Shown here: in pieces, positions 26,660 through 36,827 of the stretch
How the letters are laid out: each line of letters starts with the position of its first letter
How positions within the stretch are numbered: the first letter of the stretch is position 1
Assembly: GCA_024239035.1 (NCBI GenBank)
Contig: JANBVK010000001.1
Coordinates: forward strand, 171,010-235,009
Direction of reading: 5' to 3'
Source: Patescibacteria group bacterium
Lineage (GTDB): Bacteria > Patescibacteriota > Minisyncoccia > UBA6257 > GWB1-50-10
Length of the DNA: 64,000 nt
Notes under the pieces: model-generated
The model's database searches: none
The model's input: only the letters and a program-made list of their open reading frames with translations
What the model was told of the DNA's origin: nothing
Translations under genes and position numbers: made by a program

Positions 26660-27937
26660 TTAAGCGTTTCTTAAGAATACCCTCAGTAAAGTTCTGGTAA
26701 TAGTAATGGCTGAAAACATACTCACCACCACACCAATAAAAAGCGCCAGCGCGAAACCCTGAACAAAACTAGAAGTAAAATAGTAAAGTACCGCCGAGGT
26801 AATCATGGTGCTTATGTTAGAATCGCGAATTGAAGTCCATGCTCGACGAAACCCTTCCTCAATTGCTGCTGCTTTTGATAAACCTTTCTTTAACTCTTCT
26901 TTAGTCCTCTCGAAAACTAAAATATTTGCATCCACTGCCATGCCAATTGAAAGGATCACGCCAGCTATTCCAGCAAGAGTTAAAGTAATCGGAATAATTT
27001 TAAAAACAGCCAGAGTAAGAGCGATGTACATCAAAAGGGCAACGGCAGCAAAGAGACCTAAACGCCGGTAATACAGAATCATAAAGAATATTACCACCAC
27101 CGTTCCTAAGAACCCCGCTGTAACGGCTCTCTCCAAAGAATCCTTACCAAAATCCGCACTAACCGTTTGCTGGTTTACAAGCTTAATCGGCGCCGGTAGA
27201 GCACCGGCATTAAAACGCTCAACGATCTGCCGAGCTTCTTCAATGGTAAAACGGCCGGTAATCTGAGCGCTGCCGCCGGAAATTTTCCCCTGCACAATAG
27301 GACAATCATCTTCAAAACTTCTAATCTCGTTATCTAAAAATATACATAAAGGGTTACCCACATTCCGAGCAGTTACCTCCTCAAAAATTTTCGCTCCTTC
27401 TTTATTAAACTCAAGGAATATCTGCGGCTGCCGCGTAATTTGGTCAAAGGTAAGTTGAGCCCCTTTGATGTAACGACCAGTGAGATCAGTAGGAACAAAC
27501 GTAACCGTAGCGGTATCTTCCTCTGTCTCGCTTGGTGTTTCCTCCACAACGACTTCTCGAAAATCCAGAAATGGCGTAGCGCCAATCTCTTCTATAGCCT
27601 GATTTACATCTTTAATACCTGCTAATTCCACAACTAGTCGGTTCCTACCCCGGACAGTTTCTGTGTACACTTTTGGTTCACTTACTCCGAAGAGGTTAAC
27701 ACGTTTTTCAATAACGTCACGCAGACCCTTCACAACCGATTCTCTGTCTAGCCCTGATATCTGGCCTAGATCAATCTCGTAAACTAAAAAACTACCGCCG
27801 ACCAAATCTAAACCTAACCGCCAAGGCCTAAAAGAGCTAAATTTACTCCAAAACGGCTGATAATCAAAAATACCGGCAATAAGAGACAGTCCAATTAAGA
27901 TTATTAAAATAAAAACTAATCGCTTCCGATTAGGCAT
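26660..27937 (-). CDS. secD: Protein translocase subunit SecD
   Basis: LGLDLVGG, RVNLFGVSEP, AGALPAP and IGMAVDANILVFER motifs. Confidence 0.95.
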   Translation of the reverse strand: MPNRKRLVFILIILIGLSLIAGIFDYQPFWSKFSSFRPWRLGLDLVGGSFLVYEIDLGQISGLDRESVVKGLRDVIEKRVNLFGVSEPKVYTETVRGRNRLVVELAGIKDVNQAIEEIGATPFLDFREVVVEETPSETEEDTATVTFVPTDLTGRYIKGAQLTFDQITRQPQIFLEFNKEGAKIFEEVTARNVGNPLCIFLDNEIRSFEDDCPIVQGKISGGSAQITGRFTIEEARQIVERFNAGALPAPIKLVNQQTVSADFGKDSLERAVTAGFLGTVVVIFFMILYYRRLGLFAAVALLMYIALTLAVFKIIPITLTLAGIAGVILSIGMAVDANILVFERTKEELKKGLSKAAAIEEGFRRAWTSIRDSNISTMITSAVLYYFTSSFVQGFALALFIGVVVSMFSAITITRTLLRVFLRNA

Positions 27938-27949
27938 GATTAAGACAGT

Positions 27950-30634
27950 CTATTGTTTTCGCAAAAATTTGTAAAGTTCACCGAACCAAAAAACCGACGA
28001 GGTAAGGGCAATAATCATTAACCATTCACCTAAATTTAGAGGTTCAAAGCGAAAAGCTTTTTGCAAAAAAGGAATGTGAATAACCGCAACTTGAACCGCT
28101 ATCGCCGCAAGCAAAGCCAGATTAATAAACTTATTGGTGAAAAAGCCTATTTTGAACACGGAATTTCTAAGCGAGCGCATATTTAACACGTTAAAAAGCT
28201 GAAAAAATGCCATAACGGTGAAAGCGACTGTCCTCGCTTTCTCAAGCCCTTGGGGTAAATACAAAAAAAATATAACGATCGTCCCCACCACCATCAATCC
28301 CGCCATCAACAAAATATACGGTACTACTTCCTTAGATAAAATTTTCTCTTTCGCGCTACGTGGCTTCTCGCTAAGCTCGTGATGGTGTCCCCGCTCCATA
28401 GCTAAACCTATGGTTGGGATGCCGTCGGTTACCAAATTCAACCACAACAAATGAATCGGAAGTAGTGGCAATGGCAAAAATAAGAGTAGTGTACCAATAA
28501 CAGTAATGCCCTCGGCAATATTTGTAGTGATAAGATAAAAACTAGTCTGGCGAACATTAGTAAATACAATCCTGCCTTCTTCAATTGCGTCTACAATTGA
28601 AGCGAAATTATCATCAGCAAGCACTATCTCACTTGTCTCCCGCGCGACATCAGTACCAATTACGCCCATAGCAATGCCGATATCTGCCTTTTTAAGAGCT
28701 GGTGCATCATTTACGCCATCGCCGGTCATAGCCACCGTTTCCCCCTGCTTTTGAAGCGTCTCAACAATCTTCAGCTTCATCTTGGGGGATACGCGCGCAA
28801 AAATGGGAACGGTCCGAACAGCTTCCTCAAACCCTTCCTCCCCAAGCTTCAAAAGATTCGTAAGATCATCTTCGGTCAAAACAACTTTCTCCAGCTTTAC
28901 ATCAGGATCAACAAGTCCAATCTCACGTGCAATCGCAACGGCGGTTTTCTTATGATCACCGGTCTTCATAATAACCCGTAAACCGGCTTGTTTCGCTCGA
29001 GTGATTGCGTCTTTGACCTCCGGCCGCGGAGGATCAATCATACCAACAACACCAACAAAAGTAAGTTGTTTTACAAGGGTAGGCGAGATTTTCTCGGTAC
29101 GAGCCGGCACTTCTCTAAAGCCTAACGCAAGTACACGTAAGCCCTCTGCCGCCAAATTTTCAGCGCTATAGAGAATCTGCTGACGCTCGCGGTTAGTAAG
29201 GATTACTTTCTTACCACCCCGCAACGCGTGGCTGCTTAAGGTAAGTATGTTTTCAAAAGCACCGACAACGCAGATAGTTTTCCTTCTATGTTTTGTTAGT
29301 ACCGCTCTGTACTTCCTCTCCTGATCAAATGGAAGCTCATCAAGCACCTGCTCCTCCTCCAGAACAATATTTTTTCGGAGACCGGCTTTTTCCGCTAAAA
29401 CAGCAAGAGCTGCCTCAGTAGGATCGCCTATAATCTCAAAATGGTTATCCGTTTTAAACACCTTACTTTTGTTGCACACCGCCGCTATATGCAAAAGTCT
29501 TGAAAGGTCTCCATGTCTTAAAGGATGAATTGACTCATTATCTCTAAAAAAAGAGCCTGAAGGTTTCCAACCGCTGCCCGAGACAGTGATCTCATCTCCC
29601 CCGGCCATAATAATCTTCTCTACCATCATTGAATTCTGAGTAATCGTCCCTGTCTTATCGGTGGCGATCACCGTTGCAACACCTATTGTTTCCACCGCGG
29701 GTAGGTGTTTAATAATAGCTTTCTTCCTAGCCATGCGATAAGCTCCAATAGCAAGCACTATTGCCATTACCGCCGGCAATCCTTCAGGAATTACTGAAAC
29801 CAATAACGCAACAGAAAAAATAAAAATTTCAGACAGCTCCAACCCGCGAATAAAAAAACCTATAAAGAAAGTTATCGCTGCTCCGGCAACAGCAATAATC
29901 CCCATCTGAAACGCAAGTTCTTTTGTTTTTTTTTCAAAGTGGCTTTTCGGGCGTTTCACCTTAGTAATTGATTCGGCAACCTGCCCGATAGCAGTCCCCG
30001 CCCCCGTAGCGGTAACAACGGCTTTTGCTTCTCCGCCAACAACTACCGTTCCCATCCAAACCATGTTTTTTTGGTCCGCTAAGGACGTTGATTGTTCCAA
30101 TTCATTAGTGGTTTTATCAACCGGAAAAGACTCCCCTGTTAGTGATGCCTCGCTGGTACGGAGATTTTTAACGTCAATAAGTCTTGCGTCGGCCGATACT
30201 TTGTCGCCTTCTTCTAAAAAGAGAATATCACCAGGCACCACCTCGCTTGCAGGAATCCGTAACAGCTCTCCGCCGCGATATACCTTAGCAAAAAGAACTA
30301 GTATCTTCTTCAACTGTTCTATCGCATTCTCTGCTCTCAACTCCTCAAAAAAACCGATCAGGGCGTTGAAGAAAATAACGGCTAGAATAACGTAAACATC
30401 AACAATGTGATCTAAAAAGAAAGAAAGCAGAGCCGCGCCAAAAAGGATATAGATAAATGCGCTATTAAATTGTTTTAAAAAAATAAGGGCTGGGCGAATC
30501 TTCTCGGTGGGGGGTAACTCATTAAAACCTGATTCTAGGAGACGTTCACTCGCCTCTTTTTTTGAAAGACCGTCTGGATTCGAATCTAAACTTTTGAGTG
30601 TCTCTTCAACGGTTTCGGTATGAAAAATATTCAT
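27950..30634 (-). CDS. Cation-transporting P-type ATPase (type IIA, Ca2+-like)
   Basis: LTGES, IPEGLP, DKTGT, DPPR, TGD, TGDGVNDAPALK and WLNLVTDG motifs. Confidence 0.92.
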   Translation of the reverse strand: MNIFHTETVEETLKSLDSNPDGLSKKEASERLLESGFNELPPTEKIRPALIFLKQFNSAFIYILFGAALLSFFLDHIVDVYVILAVIFFNALIGFFEELRAENAIEQLKKILVLFAKVYRGGELLRIPASEVVPGDILFLEEGDKVSADARLIDVKNLRTSEASLTGESFPVDKTTNELEQSTSLADQKNMVWMGTVVVGGEAKAVVTATGAGTAIGQVAESITKVKRPKSHFEKKTKELAFQMGIIAVAGAAITFFIGFFIRGLELSEIFIFSVALLVSVIPEGLPAVMAIVLAIGAYRMARKKAIIKHLPAVETIGVATVIATDKTGTITQNSMMVEKIIMAGGDEITVSGSGWKPSGSFFRDNESIHPLRHGDLSRLLHIAAVCNKSKVFKTDNHFEIIGDPTEAALAVLAEKAGLRKNIVLEEEQVLDELPFDQERKYRAVLTKHRRKTICVVGAFENILTLSSHALRGGKKVILTNRERQQILYSAENLAAEGLRVLALGFREVPARTEKISPTLVKQLTFVGVVGMIDPPRPEVKDAITRAKQAGLRVIMKTGDHKKTAVAIAREIGLVDPDVKLEKVVLTEDDLTNLLKLGEEGFEEAVRTVPIFARVSPKMKLKIVETLQKQGETVAMTGDGVNDAPALKKADIGIAMGVIGTDVARETSEIVLADDNFASIVDAIEEGRIVFTNVRQTSFYLITTNIAEGITVIGTLLLFLPLPLLPIHLLWLNLVTDGIPTIGLAMERGHHHELSEKPRSAKEKILSKEVVPYILLMAGLMVVGTIVIFFLYLPQGLEKARTVAFTVMAFFQLFNVLNMRSLRNSVFKIGFFTNKFINLALLAAIAVQVAVIHIPFLQKAFRFEPLNLGEWLMIIALTSSVFWFGELYKFLRKQ

Positions 30635-30646
30635 GATCGAAGAACG

Positions 30647-32284
30647 TTACGACCGACTAATGTGTTCCAAAGAGTAATTGGGGTCGGCATAGACCTTCTT
30701 TCCTGGATTAAATAAGTTCTCCGGATCAAAAATATTTTTCACCTCTTCAAAAAAGCCATAAACTCTGTTCCCATACATTTTCTTTAAATAAGGACTGCGA
30801 ATTATACCGTCATTGTGTTCAGCAGTGATTGAACCGCCATATTTAATAACTAAATCGTAAATTTTATCTGCAACTTCCGGGATTTTTTTACGCTCGGATT
30901 CTTTAGTAAGATCCATTAAGGGGATTATATGGAAATTGCCGCTTCCTGCGTGCCCCGCAAGCGTCGCCTTAATATTGTAGTCCTTAAGAATCTTTTGTAC
31001 TTTGGGTAATAATTCCGGAAGTTTTGAGGGTTGAACGATAATATCATCAACAAAAGGCGCGGTTCTTTTCCCTTTCACGTGCTGACGTAAAAGATTAAAA
31101 CTTTCTCTCCTTATTACCCAATATTTTTCTGCCTCTTTCTCCGTGTGTAAAATACGTCTGTGAACTTTAAATGGTTTAAGTTTGTCTTCAAGTTGCTGTA
31201 ATTTACGTTCCGCTTCTTCATTAGAATTCTCAGCAAACTGAACTAAAACTACTAGCTTTGCAAGACGAAACATACGCAGCTGTATCAGCGCGTCAGGAAG
31301 AAATTGCCAGGCAAAGGTAATGAGGTTCTGCGATTTCACCTTTTTAGCAATAGCCGGGAAAAAACGGATTGCTAATTTTAATGTATTATCATCAAACATC
31401 TCGAGACCCTCTGGCTCAAGCGGCAAAATTGTGTTAATAATCTCAGGAAGTGATTTCAAGTCTTTTAAAAAGAGTATCGCCATTTTCCTGTGCTCTTTAG
31501 TTTTAATAAGTTGGAATTTAACCTCAGTAATAATACCCAATGTTCCTTGGGAACCCACAAATAACTGTGTTAAATCAAAACATTTTCTATCCCACACGTT
31601 CCAAAGAGCATATCCTGCAGAGTTTTTTGAAACTTTTGGTTTAGCGTCTTGAATAACATCGTAATTATCCTCAAGTAAATTGTACATTTTGCGGTATATC
31701 TCGCCTTCAAAATCAGACTGTGCCATCTTCTTTTTCAATTCTTTCTTATTAAGACTATTTAATGCATACTCGTTGCCGTCAGATAGTACAACCTTCAGTT
31801 CTTTTACGTATTTTTCTGTTTTGCCGTACCGCAACGTTTTTTCCCCACCGGCATTATTTGCCACCATCCCGCCCACCGTGCAAATCTCTCGCGAGGCGGG
31901 ATAAGTTGGCAACAAAAGACCCTCTTTTAGTGTTTCTTTCTCAAAATCACGATAAAAAACACCGGGTTCAGTCACGACAGATGAATCTTTTATTCTCTCG
32001 ATGTGATTAAAGTGCCGAACAAAATCAACGACAATTGATTCACTAAGCGGTCCGCCACTCATATCAGTTCCACCTGAACGAGCGGTAAGCGAAAGATTAC
32101 TTGAGGTTTTTTTTCTCTTCTTGATAAAACGAACTAAATTTTTAACATCTTCAACGTCTTTAGGAAAAACTACCGCCGCCGGCCTTACCTCAAAAAGACT
32201 TGCGTCGCGGCTGTATTTTGTAAGAGTTTCGTTGTCATCGGCTACTTCTCCTCTTAAAACTTCTCTTAGTTCGTTTGTTATCAC
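30647..32284 (-). CDS. FAD-binding oxidoreductase (GlcD/D-lactate dehydrogenase-like)
   Basis: RSGGTDMSG, TVGGMVANNAGG, VGSQGTLGIITE, GHAGSGNFH, AEHNDG and DPENLFNPGK motifs. Confidence 0.88.
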   Translation of the reverse strand: MITNELREVLRGEVADDNETLTKYSRDASLFEVRPAAVVFPKDVEDVKNLVRFIKKRKKTSSNLSLTARSGGTDMSGGPLSESIVVDFVRHFNHIERIKDSSVVTEPGVFYRDFEKETLKEGLLLPTYPASREICTVGGMVANNAGGEKTLRYGKTEKYVKELKVVLSDGNEYALNSLNKKELKKKMAQSDFEGEIYRKMYNLLEDNYDVIQDAKPKVSKNSAGYALWNVWDRKCFDLTQLFVGSQGTLGIITEVKFQLIKTKEHRKMAILFLKDLKSLPEIINTILPLEPEGLEMFDDNTLKLAIRFFPAIAKKVKSQNLITFAWQFLPDALIQLRMFRLAKLVVLVQFAENSNEEAERKLQQLEDKLKPFKVHRRILHTEKEAEKYWVIRRESFNLLRQHVKGKRTAPFVDDIIVQPSKLPELLPKVQKILKDYNIKATLAGHAGSGNFHIIPLMDLTKESERKKIPEVADKIYDLVIKYGGSITAEHNDGIIRSPYLKKMYGNRVYGFFEEVKNIFDPENLFNPGKKVYADPNYSLEHISRS

Positions 32285-32290
32285 GATTCC

Positions 32291-32299
32291 ATTATACCA
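32291..32299 (-). promoter_or_regulatory. Extended -10 element 6 nt before the GTG start (leaderless-type promoter)
   Basis: Minus strand TGGTATAAT-ggaatc-GTG. Confidence 0.55.
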
Positions 32300-32307
32300 C
32301 GTTATTT

Positions 32308-32404
32308 ATCCGCCTTCGGTCGCCGTAGCGACCTTCGGCGGATGAAATCCGCTTAAGAAGGTTGCGAAGGAGATCTTCTCGCCCGCCAGCGGGCTTCGGC
32401 GGGC
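32308..32404. repeat. Two GC-rich intergenic hairpins (family-B-like)
   Basis: atccgcc..ggtcgc-cgta-gcgacc..ggcggat (32308-32343) and gcccgcc...ggcgggc (32381-32404). Confidence 0.65.
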
Positions 32405-32431
32405 TCCACCTCTCTGTTTCGAAACATTACT

Positions 32432-33718
32432 TCAATTTCTTAAAAAATCACCGCTCCTTATCTTTTTATGATAAGTGTGCGCAAAACGATGAGCTTCATC
32501 ACGAATCCTAATTAAAGTATTAGTCCCCACACGCCGCGGAACAACCCCCACAAAAACATTCCTCTTTCTTTTAGGGCCTTTTGCAATACCCACCACCGGG
32601 ATTCTCAACCCAAACTCCGACAAAACATTCCTCACGGCATTAACCTGTGGTTTACCCCCATCAACTAAAATGATATCAGGTAGGGGCCAGGGGTTATTAA
32701 AACGACGACTTAGTACCTCTCTGAGCATCCCAACATCGTCTGGTTGGGTGATAGTTCTAATTTTAAATTTCCGGTACTCGCCTTTAGCCGGTTCACTATC
32801 AATAAAAACAACCATTGCTCCTACCGCCGACTGCCCTGAAATATTGGAGACATCGTACCCCTCGACCCGTACCGCAACTTGCGACCTGCGATCTGCAATC
32901 TGTGATTTACTAACTAACGAGACATCCTGAATGTGCTGTAGGGCAAAAATCTGACGACGCAGTGTCCGAGCTCTTTCAAATTCAAGGATCTCACTAGCCA
33001 GGCTCATTTCCTTCTCTAAATTCCTTAAAATCCTTTTCTTTTTTCCTTCAAAAAGAAGTTTGATATTCCTAATATTTTTCAGGTAATCCGATCGAGTCAC
33101 GCTATCAATGCAGGTCCCAGGACAAAGACCGATTTCAAAGTCGAAGCAAGCCCTTCGATGTGACTCAGGGTAAAGTCTCTTTTTTCTCGGGGGACCTGCC
33201 CTGAGCTGCGTCGAAGGGTGGATACTGTAAGGAAATATCCGGCGGATAATCTTAAGCGCCTCCCGAATGCCGGAGGCAGACGTAAACGGCCCGAACACTT
33301 CGACTCGCTTACGCTCGCCGAGCGCAAGACGTTGACCCCGCACAAGAAGCACGCGGGGAAATTTATCTTTCGTAATCTCAACATAGAGAAAGCTCTTATC
33401 ATCTTTTTCTTTAATGTTGTAAGGCGGCTGTTGTTTCTTAATGAGATCTGCTTCTAAGATTAATGCTTCAAGAGCGGTGTCCGTTTTTTTATAATTTATG
33501 CTTTTAGTTTCGTGAACTAATTTTTCAGTTCTTGAACCGTGGGTCCGCCGGCCAGCGGAGAGAAAATAACTAGAAACTCTACGCTTCAGGTTTGCAGCTT
33601 TCCCAATATAAAGAGTCTGTCCCCGACTGCCTTTCATTAAATAAACTCCCGGTGTCCCCGGCAGATTCTTATAAAGATTTCTAATTTTGACCATACGCTT
33701 ACAACACGACAATATCAT
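32432..33718 (-). CDS. uvrC: Excinuclease ABC subunit C (no C-terminal HhH; start may be 33694)
   Basis: GIY-YIG PGVY..LYIGKA, EALILEA, UVR helix, EGYDVSN, DIILVDGG and IRDEAHRFA motifs. Confidence 0.93.
   Translation of the reverse strand: MILSCCKRMVKIRNLYKNLPGTPGVYLMKGSRGQTLYIGKAANLKRRVSSYFLSAGRRTHGSRTEKLVHETKSINYKKTDTALEALILEADLIKKQQPPYNIKEKDDKSFLYVEITKDKFPRVLLVRGQRLALGERKRVEVFGPFTSASGIREALKIIRRIFPYSIHPSTQLRAGPPRKKRLYPESHRRACFDFEIGLCPGTCIDSVTRSDYLKNIRNIKLLFEGKKKRILRNLEKEMSLASEILEFERARTLRRQIFALQHIQDVSLVSKSQIADRRSQVAVRVEGYDVSNISGQSAVGAMVVFIDSEPAKGEYRKFKIRTITQPDDVGMLREVLSRRFNNPWPLPDIILVDGGKPQVNAVRNVLSEFGLRIPVVGIAKGPKRKRNVFVGVVPRRVGTNTLIRIRDEAHRFAHTYHKKIRSGDFLRN
33151..33218. repeat. Inverted doublet of family-A elements inside uvrC
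   Basis: cccttcga-tgtga-ctcaggg ... ccctgag-ctgcg-tcgaaggg. Confidence 0.8.
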
Positions 33719-33774
33719 TTTTATAGTACGATAGTATCACCTCAAAGGAAAAATAAAAAATATTCAAGTGGTAT

Positions 33775-33816
33775 AAAAAAGCAAAAGCCCCCGTTCTACA
33801 TAAAGGGGCTTTTGCT
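33775..33816 (-). terminator. Intrinsic terminator
   Basis: 12-bp stem agcaaaagcccc/ggggcttttgct with a T-run on the minus strand, just after the small ORF. Confidence 0.7.
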
Positions 33817-33844
33817 CCTGTAAATAAGACAGGTAATAACTATA

Positions 33845-34009
33845 CTAATTGCCTTCACCAGAACCGGGCTGCGCTGGTTGGTCTCCGCCTGGCTGCCCTT
33901 CACCTTCTGACGGCTGCGGTGCTGTTGGCTCAGCCGGAGTTGGTGTCTGACCTGGCTCTCCAGCTGGCGTGCCACCTGGAGCATTCGGATCTTGATTAAT
34001 AACGTCCAT
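33845..34009 (-). CDS. Small Pro/Gly/Glu-rich disordered protein (54 aa)
   Basis: MDVINQDPNAPGGTPAGEP...; bracketed by its own promoter and terminator. Confidence 0.65.
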   Translation of the reverse strand: MDVINQDPNAPGGTPAGEPGQTPTPAEPTAPQPSEGEGQPGGDQPAQPGSGEGN

Positions 34010-34102
34010 AAAACTTTTCACTCTCTGCACAGCAGTCGTGCAAAAAGCAATGTTAATCTTCTAATCTTTTCGACCTTTCATACCTGTTAAAAAGGTTTCT
34101 TA

Positions 34103-34132
34103 ATTGTATATTAAAGATAATTATTATGTCAA
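34103..34132 (-). promoter_or_regulatory. Sigma70-type promoter for the small ORF
   Basis: TTGACA-N18-TACAAT. Confidence 0.55.
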
Positions 34133-34316
34133 TCCCCCACACAAGCGCTTATATGGAGATTAACCACGTTTAATCAACTAACTCTGCCCCAAATGTAGTT
34201 CATAAACCTTTTCTGCAGTATAATTGGAGCCGGAGCAAGAGTTATATCCCCCTAACACCCATTTTCTAAAGTTTTTTGTTTCCGGAGACTTCTGCTGATG
34301 AGGAAAGCAGAAAACT

Positions 34317-36827
34317 TTATAATACTTTCCTTAAGTACTCTCCCGTAAAACTTCCGGCCCTTTTTGAAACGCTTTCCGGAGTACCAATGGCCACTACCTC
34401 ACCACCCCCATCTCCTCCTTCGGGCCCTAAATCAATAACCCAATCCGCAGTCTTTATAACATCAAGATTATGCTCAATTACAACCACCGTATTCCCGCGA
34501 CCAACCAATCGCTGAAGCACCTTAAGAAGATTTTCAACGTCAGCAAAGTGAAGTCCGGTCGTCGGCTCATCTAGCAAATAGAGAGTTCTCCTCGTATCAC
34601 GTTTCCCCAGTTCAGCTGAAATCTTAACTCGCTGAGCCTCCCCCCCCGAGAGCGTCGTTGCCGACTGGCCCAATCCTAAATATCCCAAACCAACTTCGTC
34701 TAAAATTTTTAGGCGGTCATGAAGCCACGGAATATCTTTAAAAAATCGCGCCGCCTCCTCAATAGTCATCTGCAGCACCTCATAAATATTTTTACCATTA
34801 TACTTCACCTCTAAAGTTTCCCGATCAAAACGCTTTGCCTTACACACGTCACATTCAATATAGACGGTCGGCAAAAAATGCATCTCAATCGCAATCGTCC
34901 CATGCCCTCTGCAATTTTCACATCTCCCGCCCTTCACGTTGAAACTAAATCTCCCTGGTTTATAACCGCGAACTCTGGCATTTTCTGTAGCGGCAAAGAG
35001 ATCTCGAATATATGTCCATGCCCCAACGTAGGTTGCGGGGTTTGAACGCGGCGTTCTCCCGATCGGCGATTGATTAATGTTCACCACGCGATTTACATAC
35101 TCAAGTCCTAACATCGCCTTATGCAATCCGGCTTTATAATTTGCGCCGTTCCATTTATTAGCAAGTGCTTTATAGAGAACGTCATATACGAACGTGCTCT
35201 TACCGGAGCCGGAAACGCCTGTTACCGCCGTAAGACGTCTTAGAGGAATTTGGATATCAATGTTTTTAAGATTGTTCGCCGTCATTCCTTTAATTTTTAA
35301 AAAGTCGTGATTTTTCGTAACGTTGCGACGCGTCTTCGGGACTCCTATGAATGTCTTTCCTTTTAAATAATCAATGGTTAATGAGGAAATTTTCTTATTC
35401 TCCAGGATATCAGGGATAGGGCCCGCAGCAACTATTTTCCCGCCATGCACGCCGGCTTTAGGGCCAATATCTACCAAATAATCCGCTGATCTAATTGTTT
35501 CTTCGTCGTGCTCGACAACGATGATGGTATTACCCAAATCCCGCAGATCGTGAAGCGTCTTGATAAGCTTTGCATTATCCCGTTGATGGAGACCGATAGT
35601 TGGCTCGTCTAAGATATAAATCGTGCCGGTGAGCCGCGACCCAATCTGCGATGCAAGTCTTATCCGCTGCGCCTCGCCGCCCGAGAGTGTTCTAGTCTTG
35701 CGATCAAGGGTGAGATACTCAAGCCCCACGTCATTCATAAACTTAAGACGATTTTTTATTTCTCGGATCGGAGCTTCAGCGACTACTGAGTTAAGACTTT
35801 GTGATTTCTCTAGATTATTGAAAAATTCAAATACTTCTCCGATTGATAAAGCTGTTACCGCGGCAATATTTTTACCGTCTATCAAGACGCTCAAAGCTTC
35901 TTCCTTAAGTCTTTTCCCAAAACAAGTCTTACAAATTTTTTCTGACCATGCGTGTTCGGTGCCTAATCCATGGCATTCTTCACAGGCCCCATAAGGACTA
36001 TTAAAAGAAAAGAGACGCGGCTCAATCTCGGGAAACGAAAAGCCGTCGTGAGGACAAGTAAACTTAGCTGAAAGCGATGTTTCTTTATCGGCGATAATCG
36101 TCACCACGTCGTTCCCATACTTAAGCGCCGCCTCAACCGCCTCGGCAAGCCTCAGTCGGTTATCCTTATCTTTCATAAGAAGACCGCTCGGCAAACGGTC
36201 GATAACAAGTTCAATGGTGTGTCGCCCATAACGGCTCAAATCTATCTTATCGCGAAGTGAGTAATACGTGCCGTCAATCCGAACCTCAGAAAATCCAGCA
36301 TTTAAAAAATCATATAAAAGTTGATAGTATTCTCCTTTTCTCCCCCGAACCGCCGGCGCTAAAACTACCAGATTTCCATCCGACTTCCGTCTCTTATATA
36401 ATTGCACTACCGCATCAACAATTTCTTCACTCGTCATCTTTCGAATCTCCCTACCGCACTTCGGGCAATGTGGTTTTCCTCCTCTGGCAAAAAGCACCCG
36501 CAGATAGTCGTATATCTCGGTGATGGTTGCAACTGTTGAACGGGGATTCGACGTGTGACTTTTTTGATCGATTGAAATCGCGGGTGATAAACCCTCAATT
36601 TCATCAACGTCCGGTTTATCCAGTCGCCCTAAAAACTGCCTTGCGTAGGCTGAGAGTGACTCAATATATCGCCTCTGTCCCTCGGCAAAAATCGTATCAA
36701 ACGCCAAGCTCGACTTTCCTGACCCTGAAAGCCCGGTAAACACAATCATTTTGTTCCGCGGAAGCTCTAAATTTATATTTTTTAGATTATGCTCCCTCGC
36801 TCCTTTGATACGTATAAATTCACTCAT
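34317..36827 (-). CDS. uvrA: Excinuclease ABC subunit A (short form)
   Basis: GAREHNLKN, GLSGSGKSSLAFDT, two LSGGEAQR signatures and GVSGSGKST. Confidence 0.96.
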   Translation of the reverse strand: MSEFIRIKGAREHNLKNINLELPRNKMIVFTGLSGSGKSSLAFDTIFAEGQRRYIESLSAYARQFLGRLDKPDVDEIEGLSPAISIDQKSHTSNPRSTVATITEIYDYLRVLFARGGKPHCPKCGREIRKMTSEEIVDAVVQLYKRRKSDGNLVVLAPAVRGRKGEYYQLLYDFLNAGFSEVRIDGTYYSLRDKIDLSRYGRHTIELVIDRLPSGLLMKDKDNRLRLAEAVEAALKYGNDVVTIIADKETSLSAKFTCPHDGFSFPEIEPRLFSFNSPYGACEECHGLGTEHAWSEKICKTCFGKRLKEEALSVLIDGKNIAAVTALSIGEVFEFFNNLEKSQSLNSVVAEAPIREIKNRLKFMNDVGLEYLTLDRKTRTLSGGEAQRIRLASQIGSRLTGTIYILDEPTIGLHQRDNAKLIKTLHDLRDLGNTIIVVEHDEETIRSADYLVDIGPKAGVHGGKIVAAGPIPDILENKKISSLTIDYLKGKTFIGVPKTRRNVTKNHDFLKIKGMTANNLKNIDIQIPLRRLTAVTGVSGSGKSTFVYDVLYKALANKWNGANYKAGLHKAMLGLEYVNRVVNINQSPIGRTPRSNPATYVGAWTYIRDLFAATENARVRGYKPGRFSFNVKGGRCENCRGHGTIAIEMHFLPTVYIECDVCKAKRFDRETLEVKYNGKNIYEVLQMTIEEAARFFKDIPWLHDRLKILDEVGLGYLGLGQSATTLSGGEAQRVKISAELGKRDTRRTLYLLDEPTTGLHFADVENLLKVLQRLVGRGNTVVVIEHNLDVIKTADWVIDLGPEGGDGGGEVVAIGTPESVSKRAGSFTGEYLRKVL

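Noticed and set aside
32308-32404. tRNA or other known ncRNA in the GC-rich intergenic hairpins
   Set aside because: No cloverleaf, T-loop or CCA end; it fits the hairpin repeat family better.
34267-34319. Imperfect inverted repeat at the uvrA stop as a mobile element
   Set aside because: Short, single-copy and AT-rich; more simply a possible terminator, and too weak to call.
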